Below are positions 38,609 to 49,258 of a DNA stretch of 64,000 nt, piece after piece. The notes under the pieces were generated by a model. The model saw only the letters and a program-made list of their open reading frames with translations. It was not told the origin of the DNA and made no database searches. The position numbers were made by a program, and so were the translations under genes. Each line of letters opens with the position of its first letter. Position 1 is the stretch's first letter. Source of the stretch: a virus; IMG/VR virus record IMGVR_UViG_3300036770_005754, positions 7,472 to 71,471 of that record, one strand, 5' to 3'.

Positions 38609-39556
38609 TTACAGCCGCTTCAAGTATTTTCTTGTGTTTTCCTCAGCCATCTTTTTTAAAATACTATGTTGATATTCAGCAACACCGTATCTTGAGGCCG
38701 ATAGAAATTCGTCGTCCAATGTCGTATTGCACTGGATGGGATCGTCTGTACCAAGAGTCAATCTTAGGCCATTGTTTAGCATCTTGGTCACTGGATGCTC
38801 ATCTCTGCCTACTACACCTGTAAAAAAATTGCTAGTTATCCCCAGATCGAATGTTATGTCGTTATCTATGGCTGCAGATATGATATCTGGTTCTTCGCAT
38901 ATCTTTATACCATGTGCTATGTTTGTTACTTTCATCACCGTTATCGCCTCATATGCGTTCATTGCAGTCTGTGATTCTGCGACATGTGCTCTGGTCATTT
39001 TACCTGCATTGTTCCACTCTGCGAATATTGGTCGATAGAATTCTGCGTCGAAATATGCTTCATCGCCAACTAAATCTATTCCAAATAATATTTCAGCGAT
39101 TTCTGGATCTTCTATTAGTTTTGAATATTGCTTCTGACCGGCTCTCATACTCTCGTATTTCAATGATAATATTAATCCGACTTTACCAGGTATATGTTGT
39201 TGAAATGAATGATATATGAATTTGACCGCATCCTTCTTCGACCACTTCATCTGGTGCATGTACTTGTTGATTGAAAAATCTAGCCATACGAAATCTAAGC
39301 TATCTCGATTAATCTCTTTTGCTATTGATTCTATTGAACTATCTATTAACTCTTCGTCCCATATTATTTCGTCTAATATTTTGAATTTGTCTAAGAACCT
39401 ATAGAAATTACGTGGTTCATCATGGCCATAGACCATAGTCTTTTTGACATCATCATATGTCTCTGCGAGATAATACCAACCACGGCGTTGTATTGTCTCC
39501 CATACCCATGCCGGTGGTATGCTTCCGCCTAAGTGTCGGTGTGTATCAATTCTCAT
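38609..39556 (-). CDS. add: Adenosine/adenine deaminase family (amidohydrolase)
   Basis: DTHRHLGGSI, GIDLVGDE, RAHVAES, IAHGI, TLGTDDP. Confidence 0.88.
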   Translation of the reverse strand: MRIDTHRHLGGSIPPAWVWETIQRRGWYYLAETYDDVKKTMVYGHDEPRNFYRFLDKFKILDEIIWDEELIDSSIESIAKEINRDSLDFVWLDFSINKYMHQMKWSKKDAVKFIYHSFQQHIPGKVGLILSLKYESMRAGQKQYSKLIEDPEIAEILFGIDLVGDEAYFDAEFYRPIFAEWNNAGKMTRAHVAESQTAMNAYEAITVMKVTNIAHGIKICEEPDIISAAIDNDITFDLGITSNFFTGVVGRDEHPVTKMLNNGLRLTLGTDDPIQCNTTLDDEFLSASRYGVAEYQHSILKKMAEENTRKYLKRL

Positions 39557-39845
39557 TTTTATTCTTATAATCCAAAAACCAATTGGATATTCTTTTGGCC
39601 CATGATTGTAAATCGTCTTCGTGTATCAAGAATTCTGTTGGTATATTGTTCGCTATTAAGTCATTTTTTATCATAAGATCGCAACACTCTACCACTACCT
39701 TTTGACCATTGTTTATAGATGACATCTGATACATGTTGATGATTCGCACGCTTACGAATGGGTCCGGAGGTGTGGAATCTAAGAATTCTAATAATATCCA
39801 AAATGGCAAATAATATGTAGAACCGATTGATACTTTACTGGCCAT
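39546..39845 (-). CDS. Hypothetical protein
   Basis: 99-aa ORF overlapping the add start. Confidence 0.55.
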   Translation of the reverse strand: MASKVSIGSTYYLPFWILLEFLDSTPPDPFVSVRIINMYQMSSINNGQKVVVECCDLMIKNDLIANNIPTEFLIHEDDLQSWAKRISNWFLDYKNKNEN

Positions 39846-39862
39846 TCTTTAGATCCCTGATA

Positions 39863-40309
39863 TTATCTAACTGATTCGATCAATTTTTTCACATTTTTGA
39901 ATAGTGGCTTCAGATGGCGTATTTCAGCCATAGTAAAGAATCCTAGAGCGGAGAATTCAGAATTAGGTTTAAATTTCTGATCTCCGCTCGTTGCTCTACA
40001 ATGCACGAATGCAACACCGGGCCTGTCGCTCATACTGAATGCTTTGCCGACGGCTTTACATCTAATACCAGTTTCCTCAAAACACTCTCTCTCAGCTGCT
40101 TTTTCTGGCGTTTCACCTTTTTTAATACCTCCGCCTGGATGTACCCATTTACTATCTCTATCGTCGCCAGTATTTCTGGCCATCCCTAATAACCACCTAT
40201 CTCTATATTCAACTATAGCAACTGCTGATTTATATTCTTTCTCAGTATCCTCATATAGAATGTGTTCTAGGATATCTGAGAATTTAAATAATCTTGGTTT
40301 GATAATCAT
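39863..40309 (-). CDS. Nudix hydrolase
   Basis: Nudix box GGGIKKGETPEKAAERECFEETG. Start moved from 40606 to the ATG at 40309 because the longer extension is antisense to the next gene. Confidence 0.88.
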   Translation of the reverse strand: MIIKPRLFKFSDILEHILYEDTEKEYKSAVAIVEYRDRWLLGMARNTGDDRDSKWVHPGGGIKKGETPEKAAERECFEETGIRCKAVGKAFSMSDRPGVAFVHCRATSGDQKFKPNSEFSALGFFTMAEIRHLKPLFKNVKKLIESVR

Positions 40310-40352
40310 AATTAATGTTTGACGAGCAAAGATACTTGAAATCGGCCGAACA

Positions 40353-41162
40353 ATGGAGAGACCAATGCGAAGAAGATCGATCAGTATTCGTGAGAAACTC
40401 GACAGATCATTAAGAGAAGACACAGTTGTCGGCGAGATCGACACAATGATGAAAGTCCTCAATTCTAGAGGACGATTCGATGATAGATCTGAACTCGCCA
40501 GATATCTATCGGAAGGTGCATTGCTTAATATCAATACAATAGCGTCAAAAGCACTTTCAATACCGTGCGGTGAGTATATTGTGTGGGTCACAGATGTCGG
40601 GCACACTATGTTGGTTCCAACGAAAACGCAATCTTCTGAGGTTCATGAATCTGCTGACGACAGATATGAAATAATGACTCCGAAGCTGCTTCAGAATTGG
40701 AACAAAATAGAAAGAGTCATCGGTGAGGCGAAGGACGATGATGATGACGACGGAGCGATAAAATTAAGGGTTGACCCCGCAGATATCGACAGGCCAACAA
40801 TTCTGAGAGCTATGGAAGATAGAGGATTTACAGTAACATCACTGGCTAATGCAGCAGGTGTGGAACCACCAGCCATATCAAGATTACTGAGAATACCAAA
40901 AGATAGACAAGGCGACCCAGGCGGACGTAATCCTAGCATGGGTCTAGCAGCCACGATCAGTAAATTACTGCGTGTTGATCCAACGGCATTATTCCCAGAC
41001 ATATTCGGACCGTCTGGTATGCAAGATCTTGGAGCAAGGAAAACCCCTGGAAATCGTGGTAGCGGTACCTCTTCAGGATCTACTAAAAAAGGTAAAGCAA
41101 CCAAAAAATGGACACAAGGTTCGAAAAATAAAAAGAGTAAAAAATCTAAGAAAAGCAACTAA
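40353..41162 (+). CDS. XRE/Cro-type HTH domain protein with Lys-rich tail
   Basis: RGFTVTSLANAAGVEPPAISRLLR...PSMGLAATISKLLRVDPTALF. Confidence 0.7.
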   Translation: MERPMRRRSISIREKLDRSLREDTVVGEIDTMMKVLNSRGRFDDRSELARYLSEGALLNINTIASKALSIPCGEYIVWVTDVGHTMLVPTKTQSSEVHESADDRYEIMTPKLLQNWNKIERVIGEAKDDDDDDGAIKLRVDPADIDRPTILRAMEDRGFTVTSLANAAGVEPPAISRLLRIPKDRQGDPGGRNPSMGLAATISKLLRVDPTALFPDIFGPSGMQDLGARKTPGNRGSGTSSGSTKKGKATKKWTQGSKNKKSKKSKKSN

Positions 41163-41183
41163 CAGATTATTGCAGGAGTCGAT

Positions 41184-42044
41184 ATGGTACAGAAATCATT
41201 ATTCGAGAATATATTAAAAAAAGAACTAAATACAATAAATGAATTGTTCCATAGGCCTGCATATGATTATAAAGTGCGTATAACATACATTCACCCTAGG
41301 ACTAAGATACCGCATGTCGTCAGCGAGTTAGTGAAATCAGTAGATTCTGCTAACGAAGCATTCGCAGTGGTTCATACTAAATTCTGCGAGGATAGAGGTA
41401 TTGACCCAGGCAGTACATTCGCTCTATCATTAATGTCTGATTTTACATTGACACGATCAGATGGAAAAAAATTCACAAAGGATAATAAAGACTTCGATAT
41501 TAGAACAGGATGGGCTCAAGAATGGCATCCGACATCAGCAGTCGACCCATTAAAACACATACCAGATGAAGAACTGATAAACACACCAGAGAGAGAGTGG
41601 ATCACTAAGATTCCGTACGCAAGATTGCAAAGAATCATACAGAAATTCCAAAATCTTGGTAAAAGTGCTAATTGGAATTCGATGTATAGAAGAGGATACG
41701 CAAAAGGAGAAATAATAGTAAAGGCGACAATGATCGGGACATATATTTGCCAAGGCTTGGTTGCAGGCTTGGAACGAAACATATTTGACAGAATCACTAC
41801 AGATGCCGATGAGTTAGAATACTTAATGTCGGTAATGAACAGCATCGGAATCGATTTCGGACAAAGCGACAAGGCAGCACTGATAGAATCTATGATTGAT
41901 TCAGTATTTACCAACGATAAATGTGAATGGACTGACGATATACCTGGTGCATTCAGTAATATATGTAATAAAATAGGTATTTCAATATCTGAAGAAGAAA
42001 TAGAAGAGATATACAGAAAGATACGAGAAGATACGATAGGCTGA
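41184..42044 (+). CDS. Hypothetical protein
   Basis: 286-aa ORF; GGAG upstream. Confidence 0.7.
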   Translation: MVQKSLFENILKKELNTINELFHRPAYDYKVRITYIHPRTKIPHVVSELVKSVDSANEAFAVVHTKFCEDRGIDPGSTFALSLMSDFTLTRSDGKKFTKDNKDFDIRTGWAQEWHPTSAVDPLKHIPDEELINTPEREWITKIPYARLQRIIQKFQNLGKSANWNSMYRRGYAKGEIIVKATMIGTYICQGLVAGLERNIFDRITTDADELEYLMSVMNSIGIDFGQSDKAALIESMIDSVFTNDKCEWTDDIPGAFSNICNKIGISISEEEIEEIYRKIREDTIG

Positions 42045-42047
42045 ATC

Positions 42048-42905
42048 ATGCGTGTCTGTGAATTAGTTGATGATACACCATACGACTTTGATATTAAAGT
42101 AGTCCTCAAAACATTTGGACTAATGTCAAAAGTGAACCTGAATATAAAGGAAGAAGCAATACGTACTGAACACAAGGTGCTAGTGAGGAATAAACAAACG
42201 CAACCATTATTGAGGAAGCTAGATTCAGCGCTAATACCGTGTACGCATAGAGAATGGTTGAATAAAAGAGGCATAGAAGTAGAACGAGCCTATTCATTAG
42301 ACTATGAAATTTTGAATTTGCAAGATATGCTGGACCTCTATATAATACCAGGAGATCACATAGTCGATAGATTCGGAATTAAGCCAATTGAAGGCCCAGT
42401 CTTTGATGACAGAAGAAATGGCAAATTATTCGGAGTTTGCATCAGGAACATAGCGACCGATTTAAACTATGCTTCGGCAGAAAAATTCACTATTTCAAAT
42501 TTCGGGTGGTATCTTAATGGATATGATCTAAGTGGTCCTAACGACGAAGTTTACATTGTTGAAGGAGTGTTCGATGCGATAGCTATGAGAAAAAGTGGAT
42601 TCAATGCTATAGCGATAGCCAGTGCATGTCCGACTCCGTTCCAATTGGCATGTATAATGTACAAATTTAACAATATCAAATTATGCTTGGATAATGACCT
42701 ATTCGGTGCAATCGGTGCTTTCATGACTCATGAAGCAACTGGTTTTCCGATATATCAAACAGAGCTAAAAGACCCGGGCTCTTACCATGATAGTAATGTA
42801 AAACTAGTCGAAATTCAGGCGGACGAATTGAAATATAGGCTTGATCATGAAATTGCTGAGTATAATATGTCAGATAGGAAGCCAAGGCCTATGTCTTACA
42901 ATTAA
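42048..42905 (+). CDS. TOPRIM-domain DNA primase-like protein
   Basis: VYIVEGVFDAIAM, LCLDNDLFG, KDPG. Confidence 0.78.
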   Translation: MRVCELVDDTPYDFDIKVVLKTFGLMSKVNLNIKEEAIRTEHKVLVRNKQTQPLLRKLDSALIPCTHREWLNKRGIEVERAYSLDYEILNLQDMLDLYIIPGDHIVDRFGIKPIEGPVFDDRRNGKLFGVCIRNIATDLNYASAEKFTISNFGWYLNGYDLSGPNDEVYIVEGVFDAIAMRKSGFNAIAIASACPTPFQLACIMYKFNNIKLCLDNDLFGAIGAFMTHEATGFPIYQTELKDPGSYHDSNVKLVEIQADELKYRLDHEIAEYNMSDRKPRPMSYN

Positions 42906-43243
42906 AATTCTTTCTCCAATCCTTGTAGCATCGTTTCTATATCTTCCATATCGTCACCTAACTCATCGAATGTAGTGTTGGTCTGTAATGCCGCAGACAT
43001 GCCCTTTTGTACATTTGTGTTAACGTCACTCATAGTCGATTGTAGTTTACGCAATTGTGGTTCTACTCTTTTTCGTCTCTCCTCTTCTTGTTTTTTCAAC
43101 ATCTCCTTCTGTTTTCTCATCTGATCTTGCATTTGACGATTACTATCGACGGTATTCATACTTTCTATCTCTTCAAAGAGCGTATTTAGTGCATCTCTGA
43201 ACATACTGTCCAGTGTACGGTATAGCTTATTATTCTTTCGCAT
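42902..43243 (-). CDS. Hypothetical coiled-coil protein
   Basis: QMQDQMRKQKEMLKKQEEERRKR; start placed at MRKNNK after AAGGA. Confidence 0.6.
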   Translation of the reverse strand: MRKNNKLYRTLDSMFRDALNTLFEEIESMNTVDSNRQMQDQMRKQKEMLKKQEEERRKRVEPQLRKLQSTMSDVNTNVQKGMSAALQTNTTFDELGDDMEDIETMLQGLEKEF

Positions 43244-43297
43244 TATGGATATCCTTATATAAAAATGGGCAGGTGATTGTTCACCTGCCCACATTGA

Positions 43298-46078
43298 TCA
43301 TCTGCTGCGGAAATCTCTGGTTCTTACAGCATGTCCCCAATTGTGACCAACAAGCTGGCAGGTTTTACCTTCTGAAACAAGTGAATTCGCGAATCTTTCA
43401 GCATTTCTCTTGAATCTGAAGACCGCCATACCCTCATTTGTCAACAAACCACGCGGCTTTATTGTGATTAGAGGCACTTCTTGCTTCAAGACCACCACAC
43501 CATCTGCGTTTTTGAAGGAGGTTTCAAGTTCGACATTTTCAGGCTCGTGGAATTGTAATAGCTCTTCAGCATCAGCTAGAGCCTCAGACAGTCTTTTGCG
43601 AGTCATAGTCCTGTTGATAGTGCCACCTTCGTTAACAAGCAACGAGAATGAAACACCATACCTACCACGCAGGTTTGCAGTGCCTTCTTTTAAAGCCTCT
43701 TTGACATATCTTGAAAGTCTGATTACGTTCTCTTTAACCGATTGTGCTACGCTTCCATTACCGTCCATACCCTTGTGAGTACCCTTCATTATCGGCGTAC
43801 CGTCAAGAGTGTTCTTTTGTTTTTTACCAAAAGGATCTCCATGGTCTTCCATGTCATCTAGGTTAGGCTGCGAACCAAAGCCAGACATCTGTTTTCTTTT
43901 GCTTTTACTGATGGGTGTTCCGCTTGCGACTCCCATCGCTTTTGAACTGCTCTCCAAAACGGCTGCAAATGTCGGAAAACGTCTCGCCAAGCTCTCTAGC
44001 GTGGTTCTCACTTTGCGCGGAGCTACGTTGGGGTCGATGTGTCTAGCATATGATAACCATGATCTTTTAAGAGCATTTCCTACAGAACGAAAGTCCAATC
44101 GACCATCGTTGCTGCTCTCTAAAATCTGCCTAGCAGAATTCATGAAGCGACTAATACTCTCGTTGAGTTCACCTGACATGCCTGAGGAACCAGACATGCC
44201 TCCTTCATATCCCATGTCATCCATGTCATCCATGCCATCCATGTCATCCATGTCACCCATGTCATCCATGTCACCCAATTCATTTACCTCATCGAATTCT
44301 TCAGCAAGATCGTCATCTAAACCAGCACTTGTCCCATATACTGCGTTTTCATCGTCATAGTCATCATAGTCATAGTCGTCATCATAATAATCATTCGGAT
44401 CGTCTAAGGCACCGTGGTCTCGTGGGTCCTGTTCCATTGGGCCATCAAATGTCATGTCATCATAGTCGCGGGTCTCTGAGTTGTCAGAAACCATCTTATC
44501 ATTCATGGCATTGTGGTTATTATAGCCCATATCTGGGTCATCAAGCATTGAACTAAAATCTGCCTCATCTTCCGGCGATCTTATCTCTGCTTCACTGATC
44601 ATGCGTCCTAGTCCCCTACGAGACTCAGTCATCTCGCAACCAGGGTCACTATCTTCATCGCACTCTTCATCTTCAGAGTCGCCGCCAGAAAATGGCGGAG
44701 CAGCATTTGGAAATGGTTTTTTACCTTCAGCTAGCGGTGTGGGAGCCCAATATGGGCCATTGGCGTCTTCACCTTGATAGAAGATGAACTCTCTATTATC
44801 ACGCATCAGCTTGAGCAAAGAATTCTCATCTAACCTGATATCACTTCCGTGAGCATTACAAAGATTTTGAAAGTCTTCCAAGCAGACATATTCATAATCT
44901 CTGGCGTAACTATCAAACAGATTTTGAAGCCGCAGTTCTCCGCCTTCCATTATAGAGCCAATGAATTGTGGGTCCCAGCTTTCGGAAGGCTGACCTAGCT
45001 GTGATCCTTTTACGCCAGCGATCGGCCCACTTTTGGGCATTCTCTGTTTTCTGCCACTGTTGTTGACGCCAGTAGGAGCATGACCGCTGAGAGTGCCACC
45101 ATCGCTCCAACGCGAGCCTCCGAACGGTTCCGCTACCCCATTACCATCATTGGAGGGGGCGTCTGGCCAATCATGTCCCAATTCTGATTGATAACCATCT
45201 GTTGGTTTACCAACACTGGATTTATGGCCGCCCTGTGGCTTATGTTCAACACCATCATCATCAACATCACACATTGCGGCTGTGTCTTTGTGCTTTCTTG
45301 GCCATTCTTTGCCAATATTCTTCATGGTAGTCCCATTGTCACTGCCGATTTTGTGTTTCTTTGGAGCCCTAGCAGCAACACCACTACCAGTTGGACTGGG
45401 CATTTTGTAATCACCGGGAGAGTATTCACCAGCATTGAATGATGGTTCCCACTCATTTAACAGTCTATTAACACTTTCAGCGAGAACATCATTCTTACGG
45501 CTCATATTACTCTCCGTTTGGTTTTCGTCGGACTCTTGGTCGTCTTCGTCGTCGTCGACTATATGATAACCACCAGCCGGTGAAACAGCTATCGCACCAG
45601 TCCCGGTGAATGATTCAGAATGCGTTGCACCATAGTCTAAACCATCACCGTTATTATCTTCGATATATTTGTTTCGAGAACGTTCTCCTCTATACGTCTT
45701 GGTACCAATATTTGATTTAGACCTAGATCCCTCTAAATCATCAGAACCAGATGGCATAGAAGCAGCAATGTTCGTTATAGTATCGCCAGCGTTCCTCGTC
45801 TTATCACCAGAATTATGTACAAGCTGCGGTGTAAAATTATTGTGTCGTCTGTCATACAGAGTTTGCTCTGGTGACCCAGCACCACCACCGGTTGCTGGGA
45901 CACCAAACTCAATACCTTCAACCATACTTAAGACGTCATCTGACAATTCGTTCAAAGTTTCTTCATCGTCATCGACAACAAACTCCTCATGACCACTAGG
46001 GTTAATCCTGGTATAAGCAGTATGTCTTTCGATGCCATCTTTTGGCTGTATCACAGTCATCTTCGGTGCTTTTTTCAT
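43298..46078 (-). CDS. Large acidic low-complexity protein, possibly prohead scaffold/core-like
   Basis: 926 aa, D/E/G-rich, with many (I/L/V/M)xE(S/G/A) sites: LAES, IMEG, LAEG, ISEA, LNES, ILES, VLES, LKEG, VNEG, LSEA, VSEG. Confidence 0.5.
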   Translation of the reverse strand: MKKAPKMTVIQPKDGIERHTAYTRINPSGHEEFVVDDDEETLNELSDDVLSMVEGIEFGVPATGGGAGSPEQTLYDRRHNNFTPQLVHNSGDKTRNAGDTITNIAASMPSGSDDLEGSRSKSNIGTKTYRGERSRNKYIEDNNGDGLDYGATHSESFTGTGAIAVSPAGGYHIVDDDEDDQESDENQTESNMSRKNDVLAESVNRLLNEWEPSFNAGEYSPGDYKMPSPTGSGVAARAPKKHKIGSDNGTTMKNIGKEWPRKHKDTAAMCDVDDDGVEHKPQGGHKSSVGKPTDGYQSELGHDWPDAPSNDGNGVAEPFGGSRWSDGGTLSGHAPTGVNNSGRKQRMPKSGPIAGVKGSQLGQPSESWDPQFIGSIMEGGELRLQNLFDSYARDYEYVCLEDFQNLCNAHGSDIRLDENSLLKLMRDNREFIFYQGEDANGPYWAPTPLAEGKKPFPNAAPPFSGGDSEDEECDEDSDPGCEMTESRRGLGRMISEAEIRSPEDEADFSSMLDDPDMGYNNHNAMNDKMVSDNSETRDYDDMTFDGPMEQDPRDHGALDDPNDYYDDDYDYDDYDDENAVYGTSAGLDDDLAEEFDEVNELGDMDDMGDMDDMDGMDDMDDMGYEGGMSGSSGMSGELNESISRFMNSARQILESSNDGRLDFRSVGNALKRSWLSYARHIDPNVAPRKVRTTLESLARRFPTFAAVLESSSKAMGVASGTPISKSKRKQMSGFGSQPNLDDMEDHGDPFGKKQKNTLDGTPIMKGTHKGMDGNGSVAQSVKENVIRLSRYVKEALKEGTANLRGRYGVSFSLLVNEGGTINRTMTRKRLSEALADAEELLQFHEPENVELETSFKNADGVVVLKQEVPLITIKPRGLLTNEGMAVFRFKRNAERFANSLVSEGKTCQLVGHNWGHAVRTRDFRSR
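44212..44274 (-). repeat. Seven 9-nt coding repeats (CCATGTCAT, encoding DDM/GDM)
   Basis: Read directly from 44212-44274. Confidence 0.9.
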
Positions 46079-46578
46079 GATTTACGCCTGTAATTTGCAA
46101 TCTGCCAATTGTCAATTGGAATACTACCAGAAATCCGACTATCTGACTTGTTCAAGTATTCAATGTATAATTTGTCTCCGACTATTATATAATCACCACT
46201 CAGCTTGTCTAGCAAAAACTCTTTAGCCTTTTTAAGCAATGATCTGCTATCACCACTAAAAATGACTCTATGTGGATATGTCAAAATATTAGGATTATAA
46301 CCCACAAACACATCACCACCATTCGATTCGACAATATCACCACCATCTATCATATGTCCATAATTCTTAGATATGAATGCTATCAAAGAATTGTTACCAC
46401 CAGTGTTCTGAATATCGGTCAACAGCCTTAACATAATATCACGATTATGTGAGCATCCCTTCGACTGTTGCAAATTAGACATGAACGTACGATATAATTC
46501 TATATCGTGATGATATAACCATGATTGAAATGATGGTGAAGTGGCTAAGCCACAAAATTGGTCAGTCTTTATCTTCAC
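46075..46578 (-). CDS. Hypothetical protein
   Basis: 167-aa ORF coupled to the downstream gene. Confidence 0.65.
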   Translation of the reverse strand: MKIKTDQFCGLATSPSFQSWLYHHDIELYRTFMSNLQQSKGCSHNRDIMLRLLTDIQNTGGNNSLIAFISKNYGHMIDGGDIVESNGGDVFVGYNPNILTYPHRVIFSGDSRSLLKKAKEFLLDKLSGDYIIVGDKLYIEYLNKSDSRISGSIPIDNWQIANYRRKS

Positions 46579-46585
46579 CTGAGCC

Positions 46586-49258
46586 TCAAGAAGCTGGGAA
46601 CAGAACTAGTGAGAATTGACTTTCACTCGTTTTCTTTGACACTATATTATTAATCGACTCGTCGTAAACGAACCTTATATTACCATCATTCGGTGGTAAT
46701 ACAAAAGATTTACCATCAAAAGTCGGCCAAGCAAACGCCGGGTATTTCCCGAGTAATTCAAAAGCTTCTTCAGCACATTTGATACTTGATGCTCCTTTGG
46801 AAGCACTGCTTCCGACTATGATATAATCTTGCCCACCTATGTTCATGACAACACCACGACGATTATCACTATCCCACAAATCCTTGTATAAATTCAAATG
46901 CTCATTCGACAGAAAACATGAGAACGAATCAGCACTATTATAGATTTCTAAAGTTTCTCTAGCGAATCCTTGTGTGTGTTCAATATAAACAGTAGATGAT
47001 CCTGAAGCATTTTGACTCGGTATTATTGGATAATAGAGATATACCATACCTCCATCGTGGTTGAAAGCTATCGTTAAGCCTTGATACGAATTCCTTGCGT
47101 CTTCTAAAGTACCGAATCTTCCTTTGTCTAAAAATTGTATAACCCTCTTGTCTCCATTTTCAGCATACTGGATCTTTATCGGGAGCCCGAACTTATCAGC
47201 TATTTTTACATCAGTAGCTGTTATTGTGGCAGTATACCTTCCTTTAGGCAACTCGACAGTCGATGCCGTTTTTGCGCTGGAAGTATTCAGCAACGGGTCT
47301 ACTACAACGACCCAGCCTTTTCGTGTCCCCTCATCATCAATAGCATTGGTTTTAGTCACCTGGCCCTGAATCGGATCTACATATGTTATCTTGATCGAAC
47401 CAGACAACCATAAACCCATACTCGTCCTTAAAGTACCATTCACCCATGTTGGAAACTTATCTCTGGCTGGTCCACTAACAGCTAATCCATCTTCACACCA
47501 GTCTTTTATTAGCTGTGGGGCATTATTGACGTCGCCTTTAAATCTAGGTAAAGGTTTTCTATCGCACCAATCCGAAAATGGCCAAACAACTCTGTTAGAC
47601 GGTCCGAACGCATCATTGATACTACCACTTTTAAAATCGCCTTCCCAGGGTCTTAATGTCAAATTCGATAATTTTTGTAGTACACTGATTGGTTCGCCGC
47701 TACAACCCAATAACTGAATATCGTTGTCTGTTAAATCCCTAGAATAAATCACATACGGCCCAATAACATCTATATATGGAACGCCATTAAATCCTCTCTC
47801 TGAATAAACTTGCAACCGTGTGTTAGGACCTATGGCTACCGATGCGATACCTGTATTAATTGAATTAAGCGAAGGTGAAGATGAACCTTTATAAATATTA
47901 TACACATTAGGAAGATATGTCTTAATATCTTCCTCACTACTCAACAAAACAGGCCTGCGGATTATATCACTCGTCTTACCACGACTATTTGCACCAGTAC
48001 CGAATGTCGAAGTAGAACCGCACGGGAAGTTATCTATAATGTTGTCAAAAGTGTCTGAAATAATCAAAGCATCGAAATGTACGAAAGCATCGCCATCATC
48101 ATTGCTAACAGCACACAGATCCTTCCCATCGGGCAGGCGTGGTAATAAGCTCGTAGAACTTATCTCCACAGCAACATCACTATCACGGCTGTGTAGGTTG
48201 ATCCTAGCACCCTTAGAGCCCACGACGGCCGCGGCTACAGATTCCATGTGCCAACGCTGATCAATACTCTTAGTAGCAGACATACAATATTCTAAAGCGC
48301 AGCACAGGGCCGCTTTCTGCTCATCGAAAAGGTCAGACATTGTTTGTATCCAAAATCTGACTATATCCTCATACCCCTTCTTCAGCCTATGCACCTCTGA
48401 CAAGAACTTAGAACGAACTATATCAATTAGCGGTTCTATATCAATGTAATAAACCGGCTGAGGATTACCGGCCACATTTGTGACGGCCAAAACCCAGAAA
48501 CTATTAGAATCTCTGACATTGAAACTAGATGTAGACAACGCTTGACTACCAACGACTTGTCTATCGAATTCCAAGATAAAACTCTTATCAGTATTATCAA
48601 TTAGCCTAGCAGTGACCAAAGCCCTCTTCAATCCTGGTCTTGCTTCAGCATTTATAGGTTCTGGATCGATTATTAAATCGCATGGTGGCGCAAGACCTTG
48701 AGTGCCCTTGTTTCCAGCCGGACCTGATAAAATGTTGTTGATACCATCATCACCGGTGTCTCCTTTATCGCCCGTATCACCAACCAACCCCTGGAGGTTC
48801 AATTTGCCTCTGGATATTAGCTCTCTGACAAGTTCTGGTATATCTAAAGTGAAATCAAAACCATACGTATGTTGGTGTATATGGAATGGGTGGCTTGTGC
48901 TTACTATATCACCAAATTCGTTTATGTTTCTTATATCAACATTACCATCAACGCCTACGAACCTATCACCTGAGTATAATTGGACTGTACCATATTGAAA
49001 TGGCGTCGGGCAATCAGTACCAGTTATCGTCGATTGCGGCGGAGGCAATAGCAATCTATTCAATTTTCTTAGATCTTCTGAGGACATAGCCCCCTTTTTA
49101 ATCGGGGTCGCAAGCTCTATTATAAAATTGTCCGATCTAACCTCTAGCCACCCATTGACGCCAGCGTCATATTGATATAAGAGCCCACTTTTCACCTCGT
49201 AAATGTCACCGTGCCTTGGGTTGTTCGGAAACTTAGTATTCACAATTTTATATTCCAA
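46586..49258 (-). CDS. Putative tail fibre/virion protein with short collagen-like segment
   Basis: FPNNPRHGDIY...LYQYD...W N-terminus; GAMSSEDLRKL; GDTGDKGDTGDDG and GPAGNKGTQG triplets. Confidence 0.6.
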   Translation of the reverse strand: MEYKIVNTKFPNNPRHGDIYEVKSGLLYQYDAGVNGWLEVRSDNFIIELATPIKKGAMSSEDLRKLNRLLLPPPQSTITGTDCPTPFQYGTVQLYSGDRFVGVDGNVDIRNINEFGDIVSTSHPFHIHQHTYGFDFTLDIPELVRELISRGKLNLQGLVGDTGDKGDTGDDGINNILSGPAGNKGTQGLAPPCDLIIDPEPINAEARPGLKRALVTARLIDNTDKSFILEFDRQVVGSQALSTSSFNVRDSNSFWVLAVTNVAGNPQPVYYIDIEPLIDIVRSKFLSEVHRLKKGYEDIVRFWIQTMSDLFDEQKAALCCALEYCMSATKSIDQRWHMESVAAAVVGSKGARINLHSRDSDVAVEISSTSLLPRLPDGKDLCAVSNDDGDAFVHFDALIISDTFDNIIDNFPCGSTSTFGTGANSRGKTSDIIRRPVLLSSEEDIKTYLPNVYNIYKGSSSPSLNSINTGIASVAIGPNTRLQVYSERGFNGVPYIDVIGPYVIYSRDLTDNDIQLLGCSGEPISVLQKLSNLTLRPWEGDFKSGSINDAFGPSNRVVWPFSDWCDRKPLPRFKGDVNNAPQLIKDWCEDGLAVSGPARDKFPTWVNGTLRTSMGLWLSGSIKITYVDPIQGQVTKTNAIDDEGTRKGWVVVVDPLLNTSSAKTASTVELPKGRYTATITATDVKIADKFGLPIKIQYAENGDKRVIQFLDKGRFGTLEDARNSYQGLTIAFNHDGGMVYLYYPIIPSQNASGSSTVYIEHTQGFARETLEIYNSADSFSCFLSNEHLNLYKDLWDSDNRRGVVMNIGGQDYIIVGSSASKGASSIKCAEEAFELLGKYPAFAWPTFDGKSFVLPPNDGNIRFVYDESINNIVSKKTSESQFSLVLFPAS

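Noticed and set aside
40310-40606. N-terminal extension of the Nudix ORF (likewise the track starts at 14130, 26612, 50913 and 63344)
   Set aside because: These extensions overlap opposite-strand or upstream genes or a terminator; a downstream ATG fits better in each case.
28159-45992. Long antisense ORFs (28159, 28984, 30089, 34832, 40691, 41516, 43809 and similar)
   Set aside because: Each lies fully opposite a better-supported gene and has no motif or SD.
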